Assembly (NCBI GenBank): GCA_964036045.1
Contig: OZ038378.1
Span: forward strand, 58,156,001-58,220,000
Direction of reading: 5' to 3'
DNA: 64,000 nucleotides
Source of the DNA: Eutreptiella sp. 'Long Island Sound 2002'
Lineage: Eukaryota > Protista > Euglenida
Shown here one piece after another: positions 36,018 to 49,399 of the stretch. The notes under the pieces are model-generated. The model saw only the letters and a program-made list of their open reading frames with translations. It ran no database searches and had not been told where the DNA came from. Both the position numbers and the translations under genes were made by a program. Position 1 is the first letter of the stretch; the number at the start of each line of letters is the position of its first letter.

Positions 36018-38201
36018 GGTGGCCGGGGGGGGGGGGAGAATGCGGGCCACCGGGGGGAGGGTGTCCAAGACACCCAGCAACACAACATTGGAACCTCTTT
36101 ACTATACCGCTGTGCAACAATATACCACGTACCACCCCTTATAGGTCCTCATGTGTGCATGGAAAAATGTGTACAAATGGCCCAATCGCAAAAATTTGAC
36201 TTTTAACCTCTTAATATTTGCGAGATTAATATATTAACGCCTTCATATATTAAAAATTAAGATTAACCATCTTGACTTTAATCTAGGTCACCGGGGTAAA
36301 ATGATGTGCCGGCTGCTCATATTGGCTAGCAAGATTAGGAGGGGAGGCTTTTTTTCAACCAAGTGGAGGTAGGGTAGCCTCCTTGATTTGCAGGGCTTGG
36401 CCTTAGTCCTTGTGTGTTCCTTCCCCCTGCTTTGCCTCCTTAACCCCTTCTTTCGTCCCCGGCTTGTGTTTCGTAACCCCCACCTTTGTCATCCCGATTG
36501 TCCCCGCGTTCTCCGTCATCCCAGTTGTCGCTGTCAGTGTTTGCACTTTGGCTTCCTGCTTGGCCAGCTTCATCTCCGCTGCCTCCTCACTATTAAGTAG
36601 CAAAACCCGCTCCATCTCATACCACTCTCTAAGAGCGTTCTACCCCTTCCCCTTCTTTTCGTGAAACATGTAGCAACACGTAAAATGGTCCCTTGTTGCT
36701 CACCCACCTTCGACACCGGGTCGTCCTCTTCTCACGACGCACCACTTGTCCCCCTCCCCCACTTTACCCGCGATGGGGAGGCCGCCACTTGTCCTCCTTC
36801 CCTTTCTCCTTCTCCATCGCCTTTGCCGTCCTCTTTCCTGACTTCATCCTCTTCTCTGCGTCCAGCTTTGGTCTCCTCGTATGTACCACATCGTCGGATT
36901 CCCAGTCCTTCGACTGTTACTGAGAAATGAGCCGCGTTAGGGTTGCGGTAGGAAGCTATGGAGTGGAATTCTGGTTGGGCAAAGAATTGGAATGGGGGCT
37001 GGGGCTAGCGAAATAGGTTCTCAAGAGCCGTTCTACATGCCGGCTAATTATAAAACGCGCACTTGCACTTAGATTGTCTGTAGACAAACTATTAGAAAAT
37101 AGTTGGCAAGAACGATGAAGCATATACATTCTAGCCGGCGACCGTTCAAACAAGGCGTTAAGTTTCCTATCGCGCGGAGGAACTCGTCCAAGGCACATTG
37201 CCGCGGATTGAAATGCCCTCTTCTTCCCATGCCGTGTTGGACACCAAGTGACCTTCGACATGGGGCTAATTCGCTACTGAGGATGACGGTGACGGGGGAA
37301 GGGCTGGTGGGGGTTTGTGGGGGGCACGTACCCAAAGCTTCGTTACCCGGTTATGGCATCGCAAAGCTGGCCATGGTAGCTGGGGCACAGTGCGATGGAC
37401 ATATTGTTACGCATATATTGCATTGGAGCGAATGTCTCAACACATCTCAACAATTTTACATTTAGTGTTCTAATCAAACTGACGTAGACACCTACAAGTA
37501 TATTTTAATGCAAAGTTGGCCTGTTGCGCTCTGCAGAGCGCTCCAAACCCTGTCTGTACGAGTCGGCCCGTCATTTCTTTCAATTCCTATTCCATTCACT
37601 CTGGAGAACGCAAATCTGGCCGAAGAACTATTTTGCAATACATTTTTTTGGTTGATGAAATTATGTATGGATTGTCATTGGGTTTTCGACAGTCGTATGG
37701 GACAGTACATGGCTGGAGGGGACACCAGGAGCTATAAGGTGACAAGGTATGGTACATTTACATTTTGTGACATGTATGTGTGGTTCCCCTAATTGTTAGT
37801 ACGATTCAATGTCCTGTACCAAAGAGTAGTACAACCATTCTTCACCAGTTGCCCGTGTTCCGCTCTGCAGAGCGCAAATTCTTACAACGGCATGAAACTT
37901 GGTGCTTTTTCTAAGTTTGCCGACTGGAGCGCTCTGCAGAGCGCATTTAACGTGATATGCTCAATGGAGATCCCTGTTTTTGGTTGTTCCGCATTGTTTG
38001 CGCTCTGCGGAGCGCAAAGTTTCCTACTGTCCTTGTTTTGGTAGCACAAATGTACTTGTTGTTCAACGATTTAACGTGGCATGTATCGCCGCAACGTTAC
38101 TTGACCGGTGTCCCTTCATTTAGTTTGTTTTCAGGCTTGTTCGTGCCATGGATGCCTCACTGCTCCGCGCCTTCTTGTAGGAGCGAGAATACAGTTCAGG
38201 T

Positions 38202-41200
38202 TTGGATGTAATGCAGCATGCTTGTTCCCATGGTGGTTATGCCTTGCAGTTCGTTGAATTTTTTATGGCACTGAGGGCTGATCAACATCATTACCGAACT
38301 TTTGGAGACGTTCAACAGATGTTGATAGTTATGAAGGTAACGGGTAAAGGTTTGCCTTGGTTTAATCAATTGTGCCAGGTGTCATACAATCTTTATTTGT
38401 TATTGCATAAGCAATGGAAACCCCGTACCAAGCGTAGTTCTGCTGAGGCTGACGTTCCCATCTCTCGTGCAGCACGCCGTAAATTATCCTATACTGGTTT
38501 ATGTTTGTACGGTGCCCCCACTTTTTCACAGCAGGCCGCTGATGTTGCTGCTCAGCGTTCAGACGAGCTTTCTAGTTCACCTTGTGTTGTGTGGTATGAC
38601 AACCGGTACAGGAAACATTGGTTACCCACCTCATCTGGTGCCAATGCATCCTTGAACTACTGTGTATTTGCAATTGTGCCGCTGCGACCCGAACATGATA
38701 TTTTTCCACGATACCCTCAACTGGGTAGTTTGTCTTCCAAAACAGGGGACATAGCGACATCGGTTTTTCAAATCATAACACAATGCTTGCTAACTTGGAC
38801 AATGCACTAAACGGCTCCCTTGCACTATGAGATGCAAGGTGCCCCTTAGATGTGAAACGCAAAGGGGTTGAGAGTTTGCAGTGGAAACCCCTTCTGCTTT
38901 CCCCACTGCTCACTGGCACCCAATGCGATCGAGCGCGAATTTTGAAGTTTGTGGCCAGTCTGCAACAGAAGTCCAACCGGGTTCTGCCTATGTTGCCCAA
39001 TACACGGGGGGGGGGGGATTTCGTGGTGGAAGAAACGGTGTCTGGAAAAATTTACTACGGCCAATTCTAGCGCAATTTTCCCCATCATTTTTAACGATTG
39101 TGGCACAATTTTCCCATACTTTTTTTTGGACATCAAGTTCAAAATTTGTACCCTGTCCGGGGGGGGGGGGTATGATCGGGGGAGGGGAGTGCAGAATGAA
39201 ATACGTCATGTGGATGTATGGTCTGGTTCGATTCTGTGTCGTCTGCTGTGGATACTGCTGCAATCAACACAGGGTTGTATCCTTCAGGGCACTTCAGGCT
39301 GCCTACCACATGTAGTTGCCAGTTAATAGTGAGCGCAGTGTCAACTGACACTGTGTTCTCTGTAGGTCGCTGTTCGGCAAAGGCAGCTGCAGCCGAGTAC
39401 CTGGATGAAGACGTCCACATTCTGTTGCACAACTTTTTCCCGACCGAACCCTGCACCTGTACCTCCGCCTTGACAGCCTCCAATGCAACGTTTTTTGGTG
39501 AACTCCTCTTTGGTGCAGTCATCTGATGTTCAGCGAGACCTAGAGAGGGCTGCACAAGCTGTCAAGGCCAAGCAAGCGTAGCGCAAATCCAAGAATGTTG
39601 ACAAGAAGGACAAATATTGGCTAAAATGGGGCGATGCTGAGAGGCGTGAGTGTGATGACATTGATTTCAAACGGGACATGAAAGGCATACGATGAACAGT
39701 GCACCACTGTCTTGTTGAAAAATGGATTTTCCCGATTCCGGGAACTTGCTTCGAACCAGCCACCACATTGCGTCCCTGTGGTGTGCCAGCTGGGGTGGCG
39801 CGCTTGCTTGTCGATGAGGTCAAACGTTCAGTGGCTGCCACGGAGCGTCCTCCTAGTACCACCCTTCCGCTGTCCAAGAAACGGCGGATTTGAGTTTTTT
39901 TGTTTTGAGTGGCGCCCATGATTATCTGTGTCTGTAGGTACAGCTGGGGCAATAATGTATTTGATAGATGTTGTCACTCTTTTGCTGGCAATCTGTTTTC
40001 TGTGAACTGCCCGACAATGTTTCAAGAAAAATAGTGGGGGGCCACAGCAGAAAATACCCAAAAGCAATTGCAAAAGGATGAAGAGCAAGGCCCAAGGACT
40101 CCTAAGTTGGGAGTTGCGACCAGGGTCAGCGGCTGGGCGCAATCAGTAATTTGGATGCCACTTGCAGTGCAGGGAACTGCGTGGACCTGAGCAAACTAGA
40201 CCCTCATCACATCTTTTCCTCAAGTGGTGTCCCCCTCAATAAGGAGAGCCGACCTTAGGCCTTGCCCTTCACCATGGAAAAGGGCGTCGCAATTTTGCCC
40301 ATCACTTTTAACGATTGTGGCAGAATTTTTCCCCCGCGGAATTTTTCCGGGCAGAATTTTTCCTATACTAAAATCCCCCCCCCCCTGTATGAAGATTTCT
40401 TACAGTGTGGCAAAAATGTTGTACTCTAGTACATGTGACGTCTACAAGCTTCATAATGTTATCCGTTACTGTCCTATGGTGTATGGTGTTTGGCATGCGT
40501 ACAAGTACTGCTGTGAAGCACTGTATCGCAAATTCTTCTCTCTATGTACCTTTTCGTCATCTAGTCCACAAGGTGCTCATACGGACGTTTACACACACCC
40601 CAAGCTGATTTGGAAGGAAAGGCTGTTCATGAGTCTGTTACTCGTTGCCCCCCAATACTTGCAACAGTTGAAACAAAAACTTTGCGCTCTGCAGAGCGCT
40701 CCAGTCGGCAGTAGGTTGGTACTGCAACAACAGTGTTCGCAACAAACAGAGGCAATGTTCAACTTGTTGAATGATTACGTTCCCAGTTTGTTTATTTTGG
40801 GTATGCTAGTCCGTGATTGCAACTGGTGTACGGCGCGAAGAGTTCAAGTGCCTCACCCAGCACAATTGTTGTGGAATATGTCTATGCTGGTTGTATTGCG
40901 ATTGTTTGATGGTTCCGAGGGTTGACACAAATATCTCAAAACCTTGGCAGTAGCAAAACTGTTGTGAGTTCCATGGCATGGTACAGCCTCCCCCAGTACG
41001 CACAACGAGGAACCTCGTGAGGCCATGCTCTCTCGGTTTGCTGAGAAGTTGCGGCAATTCCCATCCACCTCGTGCAAACTCGAGGGGACCATTGACCTTT
41101 TCCTGCTGGTTGCCCCGGCCGCGGGGGGTAAAAAAGATTTGCCGAAAAGCAGGCTTTAGTAGCGCGTTGTAGATGCCATTCGGATGCACCTTTCAATGTT

Positions 41201-41540
41201 TGTGCGGGATGCGGACCGTGTCCCCCATCCAGCTGTGCAATGGTCATCTGCTCCTCAGGTGAAGGTGGTGGGTGCCTGGCCGGAGTCCATGGCTCTCCCG
41301 GGATCACTGGGGGATCGCTTTTCAACCCAACGGCTGCAAGATTTTCTGGTGAAAACATTACACACATTTGCAGGTGCTGTGGATGTGAACAATAAAACTG
41401 TAGATGTGCTTAATTTATTGTGTCCACGGTATACTCATCGGGAAATAGCCGCGGCCAAGGCAGAAATGGATCACAACTTTAGGCAGAACCCCCTCCCACA
41501 ACGATACCACTGGCGTCGACCCCCCCCCCTCCTCAGCCCC
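38202..41540 (+). pseudogene. DDE transposase of element B, interrupted by a TIR element
   Basis: VVWYDN, KGVESLQWKPLLLS, MLPN|MKISY, YGVWHAYK and NEEPREAMLSRF align with the element A transposase. Confidence 0.65.
39003..40387. mobile_element. 1385-bp TA-TSD TIR element inserted in the element B transposase
   Basis: TA|CACGGGGGGGGGGGGATTT ... AAATCCCCCCCCCCCTG|TA. Removing it and one TA restores the frame (CCC AAT ATG AAG ATT). Confidence 0.85.
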
Positions 41541-41559
41541 TGCTGCACCACCTGCCCCC

Positions 41560-43810
41560 CCTGTTGGCGGGAGTACGAAAGTGAGGAGTTGAAGCAAGAT
41601 GAAAAAGTAGCCTTGATGGCTGCGCTACGAAAGGCTGGCCAGATCCGTGGACCCGAGAAATCGGTATACTGCCTGTCCCCATCAAAATAGTGGCGTTGGT
41701 GAATTTGCGCTCTGCAGAGCGCTTCGACTGCATGTGTCCTAAATATGATGGTAGTTATTGAGGTCTCGTACTTATCGCGCCCTGGAGAGCGCAAATCTGG
41801 AAACCCCCTTCGTTTTTGGGTGTCAGGAGAACCTGTGGAAAGCCTGGAGACCCCTGCAGCGCCTGGTGGTAGCAACGGAGAACGGATGTGAGGATGGGCT
41901 GAAGAATTTCCCGAAAGTCTACAAGGAAGGTAATGTCCTGCCGCTCAATGTGTCCCAGGGTCACAAAACACGTCACCAACGGTCCTGTATACCATTGTTA
42001 GTGCCTGCAGGGATTACCTGTACCACCCTTCGCCCTATATTGGGCCTGGATGCGGACCACTGCCAAGAGATCATCCACTACATGGCATCGGACAAGGCAT
42101 TGTTACATGGGTTCAACAAATCATGCCGGAGACTGAAGCATGACCGCAACTGGGAGTACGTGTACCTCCATCCAGAGAATACCATGATCCACGAAACTCA
42201 AAGTATGCCTGCTCTCAAATCCTGCCCGTTAAGCAACCGTGCCATCCTCTTGTGCTCTGCAGAGCGTAAAACTTCCTGTACCACCAAATCAGCCATTAAA
42301 TTTCGACCTGTGCATCAATTTGCGCTTTGCAGAGCGTAAAATTTCCTGTACCACCAACTGCTACATTAAACGTGCAGAGCGCATCGCTACCGAAATGTCA
42401 CTTGAACCCCCTGTGTGGATTTGTTTATGCGCCCTCCCAGGAAAACCAGAGGAACTGGCACGTGTACGGAAGCTGATGACCAGAAATACAGCAATTAAGT
42501 CGAATTTTGGCAAGTGGGTCCGGTCAGCGAATTCCGAGTATCCTCCTTGGTCTGTTGTGGAGAAGTGTAAGCTGTGGGCAAGTGAGGAGTGGTGTTCCTT
42601 CCGACTGGCTCTATCAAAGCCGCAAGTGATACCAAAGGTGGGCATCAGTGGAGAGAAGCTGGCAATGCTGACGTTGAACGAGATGGGTGCATCACCATCA
42701 CTTCTGGAGACGACTGAGGCGGGCGACGCGAATGACGCCATGGGAGAAATGAGGATCTTCTCATTGGGTGGTACCAGGGGCGTGCCAGCTGGCGACGCAG
42801 ACCCTCCTTTTGCTGCGGTATGCACTGCCATAGCACAATTCTTTGTCTCGATGTCTCGATGTCCAAATTTAGTTTGACCCCCCCCCACGGGGGCCTGTTG
42901 CCTGTCTGCCCCCCCCCCGCACTGCCTCACCCACTCCTGGTCCCTCCCCGTACCCATGCAGATCCTTGTGGAGCTTGAGGATGAGTACATGGGTGAGGTT
43001 CATCCCTTATTGGACACAATATTGGGCAAGGAGGTCCCCATAGCTATTGTGGGTCGTGGCAAGGCGCTGAAGTTCTTCATCGACCAATTGCGTGGGCTGG
43101 ATAGCTGCGATGGCTGGCAATTGGTCTCAACTACTACCTACGATAAGACTACTGGCACTCCTATTATGCGGATGGTGGAGAGAACGGTGCATTTTGGAAT
43201 CCCCCATAAGTTAGGCATAAAGGTACCCAGTTTTTTTTTATATGATCCAAGCGAGTACAAGGCACCCCTCCCACTCCCTGTTGTTGGTTGGTTCCTGAAG
43301 GCTCTGAGGGTTGTGCCCAGGCATACACAACCTTCCGAGGAATCTGCTTGGATTCTGGCTGGCACGTCTAATGTTACGATGCCCTGTCACCTCTTCAGAT
43401 GCCTGACGGAATCAACTTGTGTTGTGGTCGCATACACAGGCAAGTATGCTGACAAGCCTGAGTTCGTGAGCCAGCTAGGGACCACCATAGCACATATGGA
43501 CTGTTTTTGCATTGTGGAATGGCTGGAGTGGTTCCATTGCATCGATGAGGGATGTTTGTGTGAGGCAGCCAAGGCACAGCCCCCAGAAGAGGAGAATTCT
43601 GAGGATGAAATTGAGCAGGTCGATGTCCTCGATGCACCTGCTGATGATCTAGTGGCCAGCAAGCGCAAGACCTCAGGTGGCGATCCTCGTCCCCCAAAAG
43701 AAGAAAAACACCGAACACCTCTCAGACACCCGATGCCACTTCTGCCATGGATGCTTTTGGCCGCAAAAGCCAAGCAAGCGAAGCCATCAGCAAAGAAGGG
43801 CAAGAACTGA
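41560..43810 (+). pseudogene. Second gene of element B (ParB-like region plus possible methyltransferase-like C-terminal region)
   Basis: GQIR and PFVFGCQENLWKA correspond to GQVR and WVLLGGQHVYTAA in A. The C-terminal block PLPVVGWFL...SAWILAGTSNV...CVVVAYTG...PEFV aligns with PVEIFSILL...GNWFLLGTLSV...CNVVCALLG...DEFV. Confidence 0.5.
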
Positions 43811-46325
43811 ATTCTCTGAGCCCTTTTTGATGCGTGCATGTTATATGGTTTCAATTTTTTTGCGCTCTGCAGAGCGCAAATTTTGCAACTTGTACGTTTT
43901 TGGGCCTGCTACTGTGCCTGTTCGTACGAGAAGTGCTTCCTGCTTGCGTCACGTTTTTGAATCCGGCCTTTGGGGGTCCATCCTTGTCGCATTGCAATTG
44001 ACACCACTGATACGGTGTAATGCATTTCTATCAGAAGCATTGGTGTCTTTGTCTATTTGAAAACGTACCCGCAGAAATTCTCAATCTTGCTTTGTATGTT
44101 TCATGTGTGACATACATGCACATCATCAGAAAACCGTTTGTTTCGTCTTTTGTAGGTGGCTCATTTTCAAGTCGGAGTATGCAAAGAAAAGGCGCAAAAC
44201 CTACAAAAAGTGGTTGTTGGAATCACCAGTAAAAATGTCGTTGACCAACATCACCAATTTTGGGGTTGAAAAACAGCATTTTGAAACGGTGGTCCCATGC
44301 GCCCCGGGAGTGCTATGCCCGTGACCTAAAGAGTCGGCTAAGACCCTAGGCCCTCAACGGACCTCCCCACAGTTCGCCCCGGGCGCCGCTGTCCCCCGGT
44401 GGCAAACGTGCACGCGCCGCTGGTAGTAGGGGGTGCACCTTTGATTTGGTGCACCTCCGCATACAACTGTCAACGGACAATCGTCTCGTGCTTCCTCAAC
44501 AGCACCGGCTTGTGGGGACGGACAACATTAGGAACAGTCATGTCCATGGTTGTGGCGTACCTTGCTTGAACATCCCTTGAGGCTGGCCATTCCCTTCCAC
44601 GGCTTGTGGCTCGTTTGTTCCTTGGGTCACTTGCAGAAAATTGTTTTTGATGTGCGCATCCCCGGTCCGTTGCGTTGCTTCTCTTTTCCAACTACGCGCG
44701 CTGCTGGCCCCCATGGGACAAATTTCACGCTGCACTTCTCCTGGGCGTTGGACATGCGCCAGCCCACACACTATGGCACTACAAACCACAGCAGCCAACG
44801 CCACACCCCTGCATGCGACAGACCTGGAAACCAGCCCTCAACAAACCACAACGCCTAACACAACACCCCCACATACCAAAGCTCTGGAACCCCCCCCCAC
44901 ACACAACACCATACACCACAACACTAGAAATCACACCCTGAAACCAAAGCCCGAAACATCACACCCCCACACACCACAGCCCCAGAAACCACATCCACAC
45001 AAACCACAACCCACGCACCACTGGCCCACACACCACAGCCTTGATAACCACCCACCCCCACAGCACAGCCGTGCGAACCCCCCCCCTCTCCCCACAACAC
45101 ATCCTCAGACACCACATCACCAAACATCACCACCCTACACACCACAATGTGAAGGGGGGGGTGGGCCAATAAAGTTGGAACTAGCCCCTATGTTTGCTTT
45201 GTGGCAATGTGCAAACCATAGCCTACAAGCAAGAGATGAACACACACACACATACCCACACATACATACCTACAACCTTATCCTCTGTCCCATCGTGAAT
45301 CTTCATTTTCATCATCCTTTAAAAGTTTGCACAAAGAATGGGCCATACCCTCCCAAACCCAAACCACAAGGAGAAGGGGGGGGGGGGGCAGCAATGTGGC
45401 CATGGAGGACAAGCATGAGTACAAAAACTTGGTGCGCGGGTAAATGTTTTCTTGTTATGCATTTATAGGGAACTCAGGTACGGTTAATTTTTGCAGAAAA
45501 ACATTTTATTTGTACGAGGTTAATGTTAACGTCGGCGACACATTAATTTTTGGTATTTCAAATTTTAATGAAAAATTAAAATCAAAGATGAAACCCGAGG
45601 ACCATTTTAATTTTTTTTTCCAAAGAAACAGGTGAGACCCCCCCGCACCCGATGCCGTAAAGCACCCCATGGGGGTAGAGATTTTCCCGTCGAAACCACT
45701 CAACCCCCCTGCATCCAACGACAAAGTCAAATGCAGCATTGTGCATTTTGGCATCAAGTCGTGTGTTGGGGTGTGACACGAAACCCTGCTACCGATGGAC
45801 GTCCGGACATGCTCTCCAAAATTGACACATTGGGAGGGGTGGATTGGCTGTCGCCGTCGTAGTGGTAGCCCTACAGACCAGTGTTAGACCCGATACTTTT
45901 ACTATTTGGTCAAATATTATTGCGCTAACCCAAAGTTGACCCTTATGGGGGGGAGTGTTTCCCATTTGTGGGCTAGCCATGCAACCCATGGAAATTCGCA
46001 CAGGGCATATTGATGTCCATGTTCTGCACGAGTGCCGTCACACCACCTCTTAGAACTGCAATCTTCGTTGTGTCACTCTCTAAGTCTTGCGGCACATGGT
46101 TTGCAAGGTGTGATGATGCAAAATCATATACCGGGCACTTGCGCACCATCAGCGACAATATCCACAGCTCCTACAGCCCCCACGTCCAGGGCATTTGGAC
46201 TCGCGTACTACCATGCTTCCAAAGAGTCCATCTACTCAATAACACAATCGAGCCTTGGGTGCGTAACTACTTCAGCATTTTCATGGTCAACAACGTAGGA
46301 GATGCACAACAACCCATCTAATATG

Positions 46326-46475
46326 TTTGTATCATCTGACATGCTTAACATGTCCGGGGCGTCATCATGACAAGCAATGCTTGTACATGAAAATTCTACC
46401 ATAGTGACATGTTTAACATGTCCGGGGCGTCATCATCACAAGCAATGCTTGTACATAAAAATTCTACCATAGTGA
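46326..46475 (+). repeat. ~68-bp tandem duplication
   Basis: TTAACATGTCCGGGGCGTCATCAT...AAAATTCTACCATAGTGAC occurs twice. Confidence 0.85.
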
Positions 46476-49399
46476 CTCTCAGAAGCAATACAACAACTTA
46501 TCGGCTATACAAGAGAGGGTGCTTTTACCATACGAGGGTTACCACCCCCCCACCATGATACACCCCCCCCTAGGGACCTCAAAAAATCCGGATACCTAAA
46601 ACCGCTGGGGTGGCTCACAAGGGGGGCATCCTGCCTTTTGGTTTTTCTCTTGTTGTCATTGTTGAAAGTTTGGCAGCCTCATAGCAAGGTTGTTGGTTTT
46701 TACCTTCTTCCATTGGGAGGTAGAAGCTCCAATGTATCGTACCGTGCATGAGCAAAGGGGGCGACAAGCCGCTCAAATCTTCTTCAGCACCGTGCCCTAC
46801 CTAGGCTAAGGCAAGATACTCCAACATGCTGCCATTTGCGGACCGCAATGCTTTCGAGCACGGTGTTGTCCAAGTATTGTCTCATCCTGGTGTATGGTAT
46901 TGTTTTCGTTAGTTTGAGGTCGAGCAAATATCGGCCAAGGAAAAGCGGGGTGGATGCCGTGTGTGTGGGTGCACGCAACCAATCTCTCCTCCGCTTAAAC
47001 AAACAACCCACAACCCCCCCCCCCCACCTCCCCGATTAATTTCGTCCCACACGCCACGAAAGAAATTTGGTGGCGACATTTTGGTGCTTCGTTTCCGAGA
47101 AATTTCCCAGATCTTCAAGGTTTTTTAGATGTTCAGCATTCCACACCGTTGGAGCGTTTTTAGCACCCCTTGGATGGGTAGATTAAAACCAAAGTTTTTG
47201 TATCTTACCCAAAGCTTAATACGTTAACCTCATGTTGATGCTAAATTGGCCATGGATGAAGACGTGGACCCCCCCCCCCCCTGAGTGCTGTTTGCGCAAG
47301 GACATGGAAGAGCGAGCACTGATCATACCTAGGTCTCGCGGGACCATGAGGTTTTGATTCAGTGATAGGGGCGGGCAAAGGCACAAAGAGTGCCGACTCT
47401 CATGCCAGCACGAACGGGGCTGCTGTGCTTACATCGCACGTGGATATCCCTCGTTAATAGTTAACCCCTAACCGATAACCCCTTCACCTAACTGGTCGCA
47501 CAAAGTCGAGGACTTTAATCGGCCCCTGCTCTGGTGAATAGTACAACGCACACACACACACACACACACACGCACCAAGACATACACATGATGTTCGCAT
47601 CACCCCACACCGACCCCCTCACAGACCGATCTTTTCTTTCCCCTTCCTCCGTTCTCACCTTGCCTTGCCGCTTATGACTAGGTCGGTATTCTATTTCTTT
47701 CGGCAAGTTTGCTGAAGGTATTTTCTATGCTTATGTATTGTATGCTGGGTGGATTATAGCGTACGTATGCTTGTGTCCGTGTGTGCCTGTGAATTCGACT
47801 ATGATTGTCAACAACCTGTAGTGTCTGAGGCAGTGGTGTGGCAGCTTGTGGTTGGTAGGGCTGTGGTCTGTGGGTCTGTGCTGCGTGGGGCGGTGGTGTG
47901 TGGGGTTGTGGTGTCTTGGGCAACGGTGTGCGGGCCATGGTGTGTAGGGCTTTGGTGCATAGTGTTGAGCAGCACACTGTGGCCAGTTTTGTTGATCGCT
48001 TGCCCCCAACAAAGATCCCCCCCCCCCGCCCCCCGCGGTGCCCATATTGTGAGGTTTAGCAGATATGCGTGCCCCATGATGTGGTTTGTCATCTTTTTTG
48101 TTGTTTTTTAGGGTAATGTTTGGGGCACTTCGTTCGATATTGTGTGATTAACATTAACGCCGGTTAATCTCTAATACACTCATTAATTTCTTGGACGACA
48201 ATATTGATCTCAAGCAATTAACCCTACGGTGCTTACCGTTTTTAGATTTCTTTTCTCCGATGATCCAAAATAATGTTGCAAGGATCCGCTCATCATCTCA
48301 AGTCCTGCAAGAGGGTTGTGGCGGCTGGTTTATTTTGGTGTTAGTTGGTTTGTTTTGGTCGTGGTTGGTCTGTTCTGTTGCTGGGTATTCGAGTTTGGTG
48401 CCGGTTGCTCTATTGTTGTGCCAGTTCGTCTAATTTGGCGTTGGTTGGTCTATTTTAGGGCTAGTTGGTGTGCTTTATTGCTGGTTGCTTGGTTTGTGTG
48501 CTGAGTGGGCTGCTTCTTCCACTATTCATTGGTGCGCCTTGGTGGTGGTTGCTTCATTTTGGTGCCGGGTCGTGTCTTTGGGTGCTAGGTGTTCTAGGTG
48601 CATCGCTCAATCATGAGCATATTGTGCCCGCTAGCGGCTTTGAGTTGGTAAAATGCTATAAAACACGTGGTTGAGGGGTTGCATTGCTGTTGAGCGGGAT
48701 CTTTAGGCCCACACACCCGTCCCTCGTGACCGAACTCACCCCATTGTACCCCGGATCTGTCAAGCTGCATCACATGTGCCTGTAAGTCACGCACTACGAT
48801 GCAATTGTGTTTTTGTTCTTTTGTGCTTTTTGCATACCAGGTGGTCTTCTTTTAACGTTGGGAACAGAATTGCACCCTAGTTTCTTCGAGGTTGACTTCA
48901 AAGGTCGGGGCGGGGGGTGTTTTTTTTTTGTGCGGCGCCTTCCTCTGAGGAAGCTGACCTACACACTGTTGAGCTGTCAGCGCGCCGGCTCACTGACCTC
49001 TCACTTACCTCCCACAAAGTTTACAATTACATCTCAATATTAATCTGCTTTGAAGGTCATTGACCGCCCGTTCAAAAGTGCAGCCTTCGTGAACCAGTCG
49101 GTTGCTTGAGCCATTCACAAATATGAAATTTTTTGCCATGTTTTGCCCACTACTTGGTGCCATTGTGTGTGTTTCTTGTGTTGCCCCAAATATGGTTCAC
49201 TGACATGGTCTATCTTTGCGTAGGTCACCAAAGTACCCTCGAATTTCATTGAAATTTGCAACTAAAGTTTCCACTCCGTTCCGGGCTCGTTGGTCATTGT
49301 GAACTTTGTATGAACGTCGTACAAATTTTGTACAAATCTGCAGTGCCCATTTCATGTTCTTAGCTGTGATCGCTTTTTATGGGTATAACTCAACCTTTG

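Larger units (their letters stand above)
31187..36296 (-). mobile_element. Element C2: full-length CMC transposon, 2-bp TSD (TA)
   Basis: TA|CCCTACTCACCTAGATTAAA ... TTTAATCTAGGTCACCGGGG|TA; colinear with C1. Confidence 0.8.
37386..44300 (+). mobile_element. Element B: homolog of element A carrying about 11 copies of the 16-bp palindrome GCGCTCTGCAGAGCGC
   Basis: Same two-gene layout as A. Palindromes start at 37526, 37596 (degenerate), 37860, 37929, 38000, 40684, 41707, 41777, 42252, 42322 and 43862. Boundaries are approximate. Confidence 0.65.
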
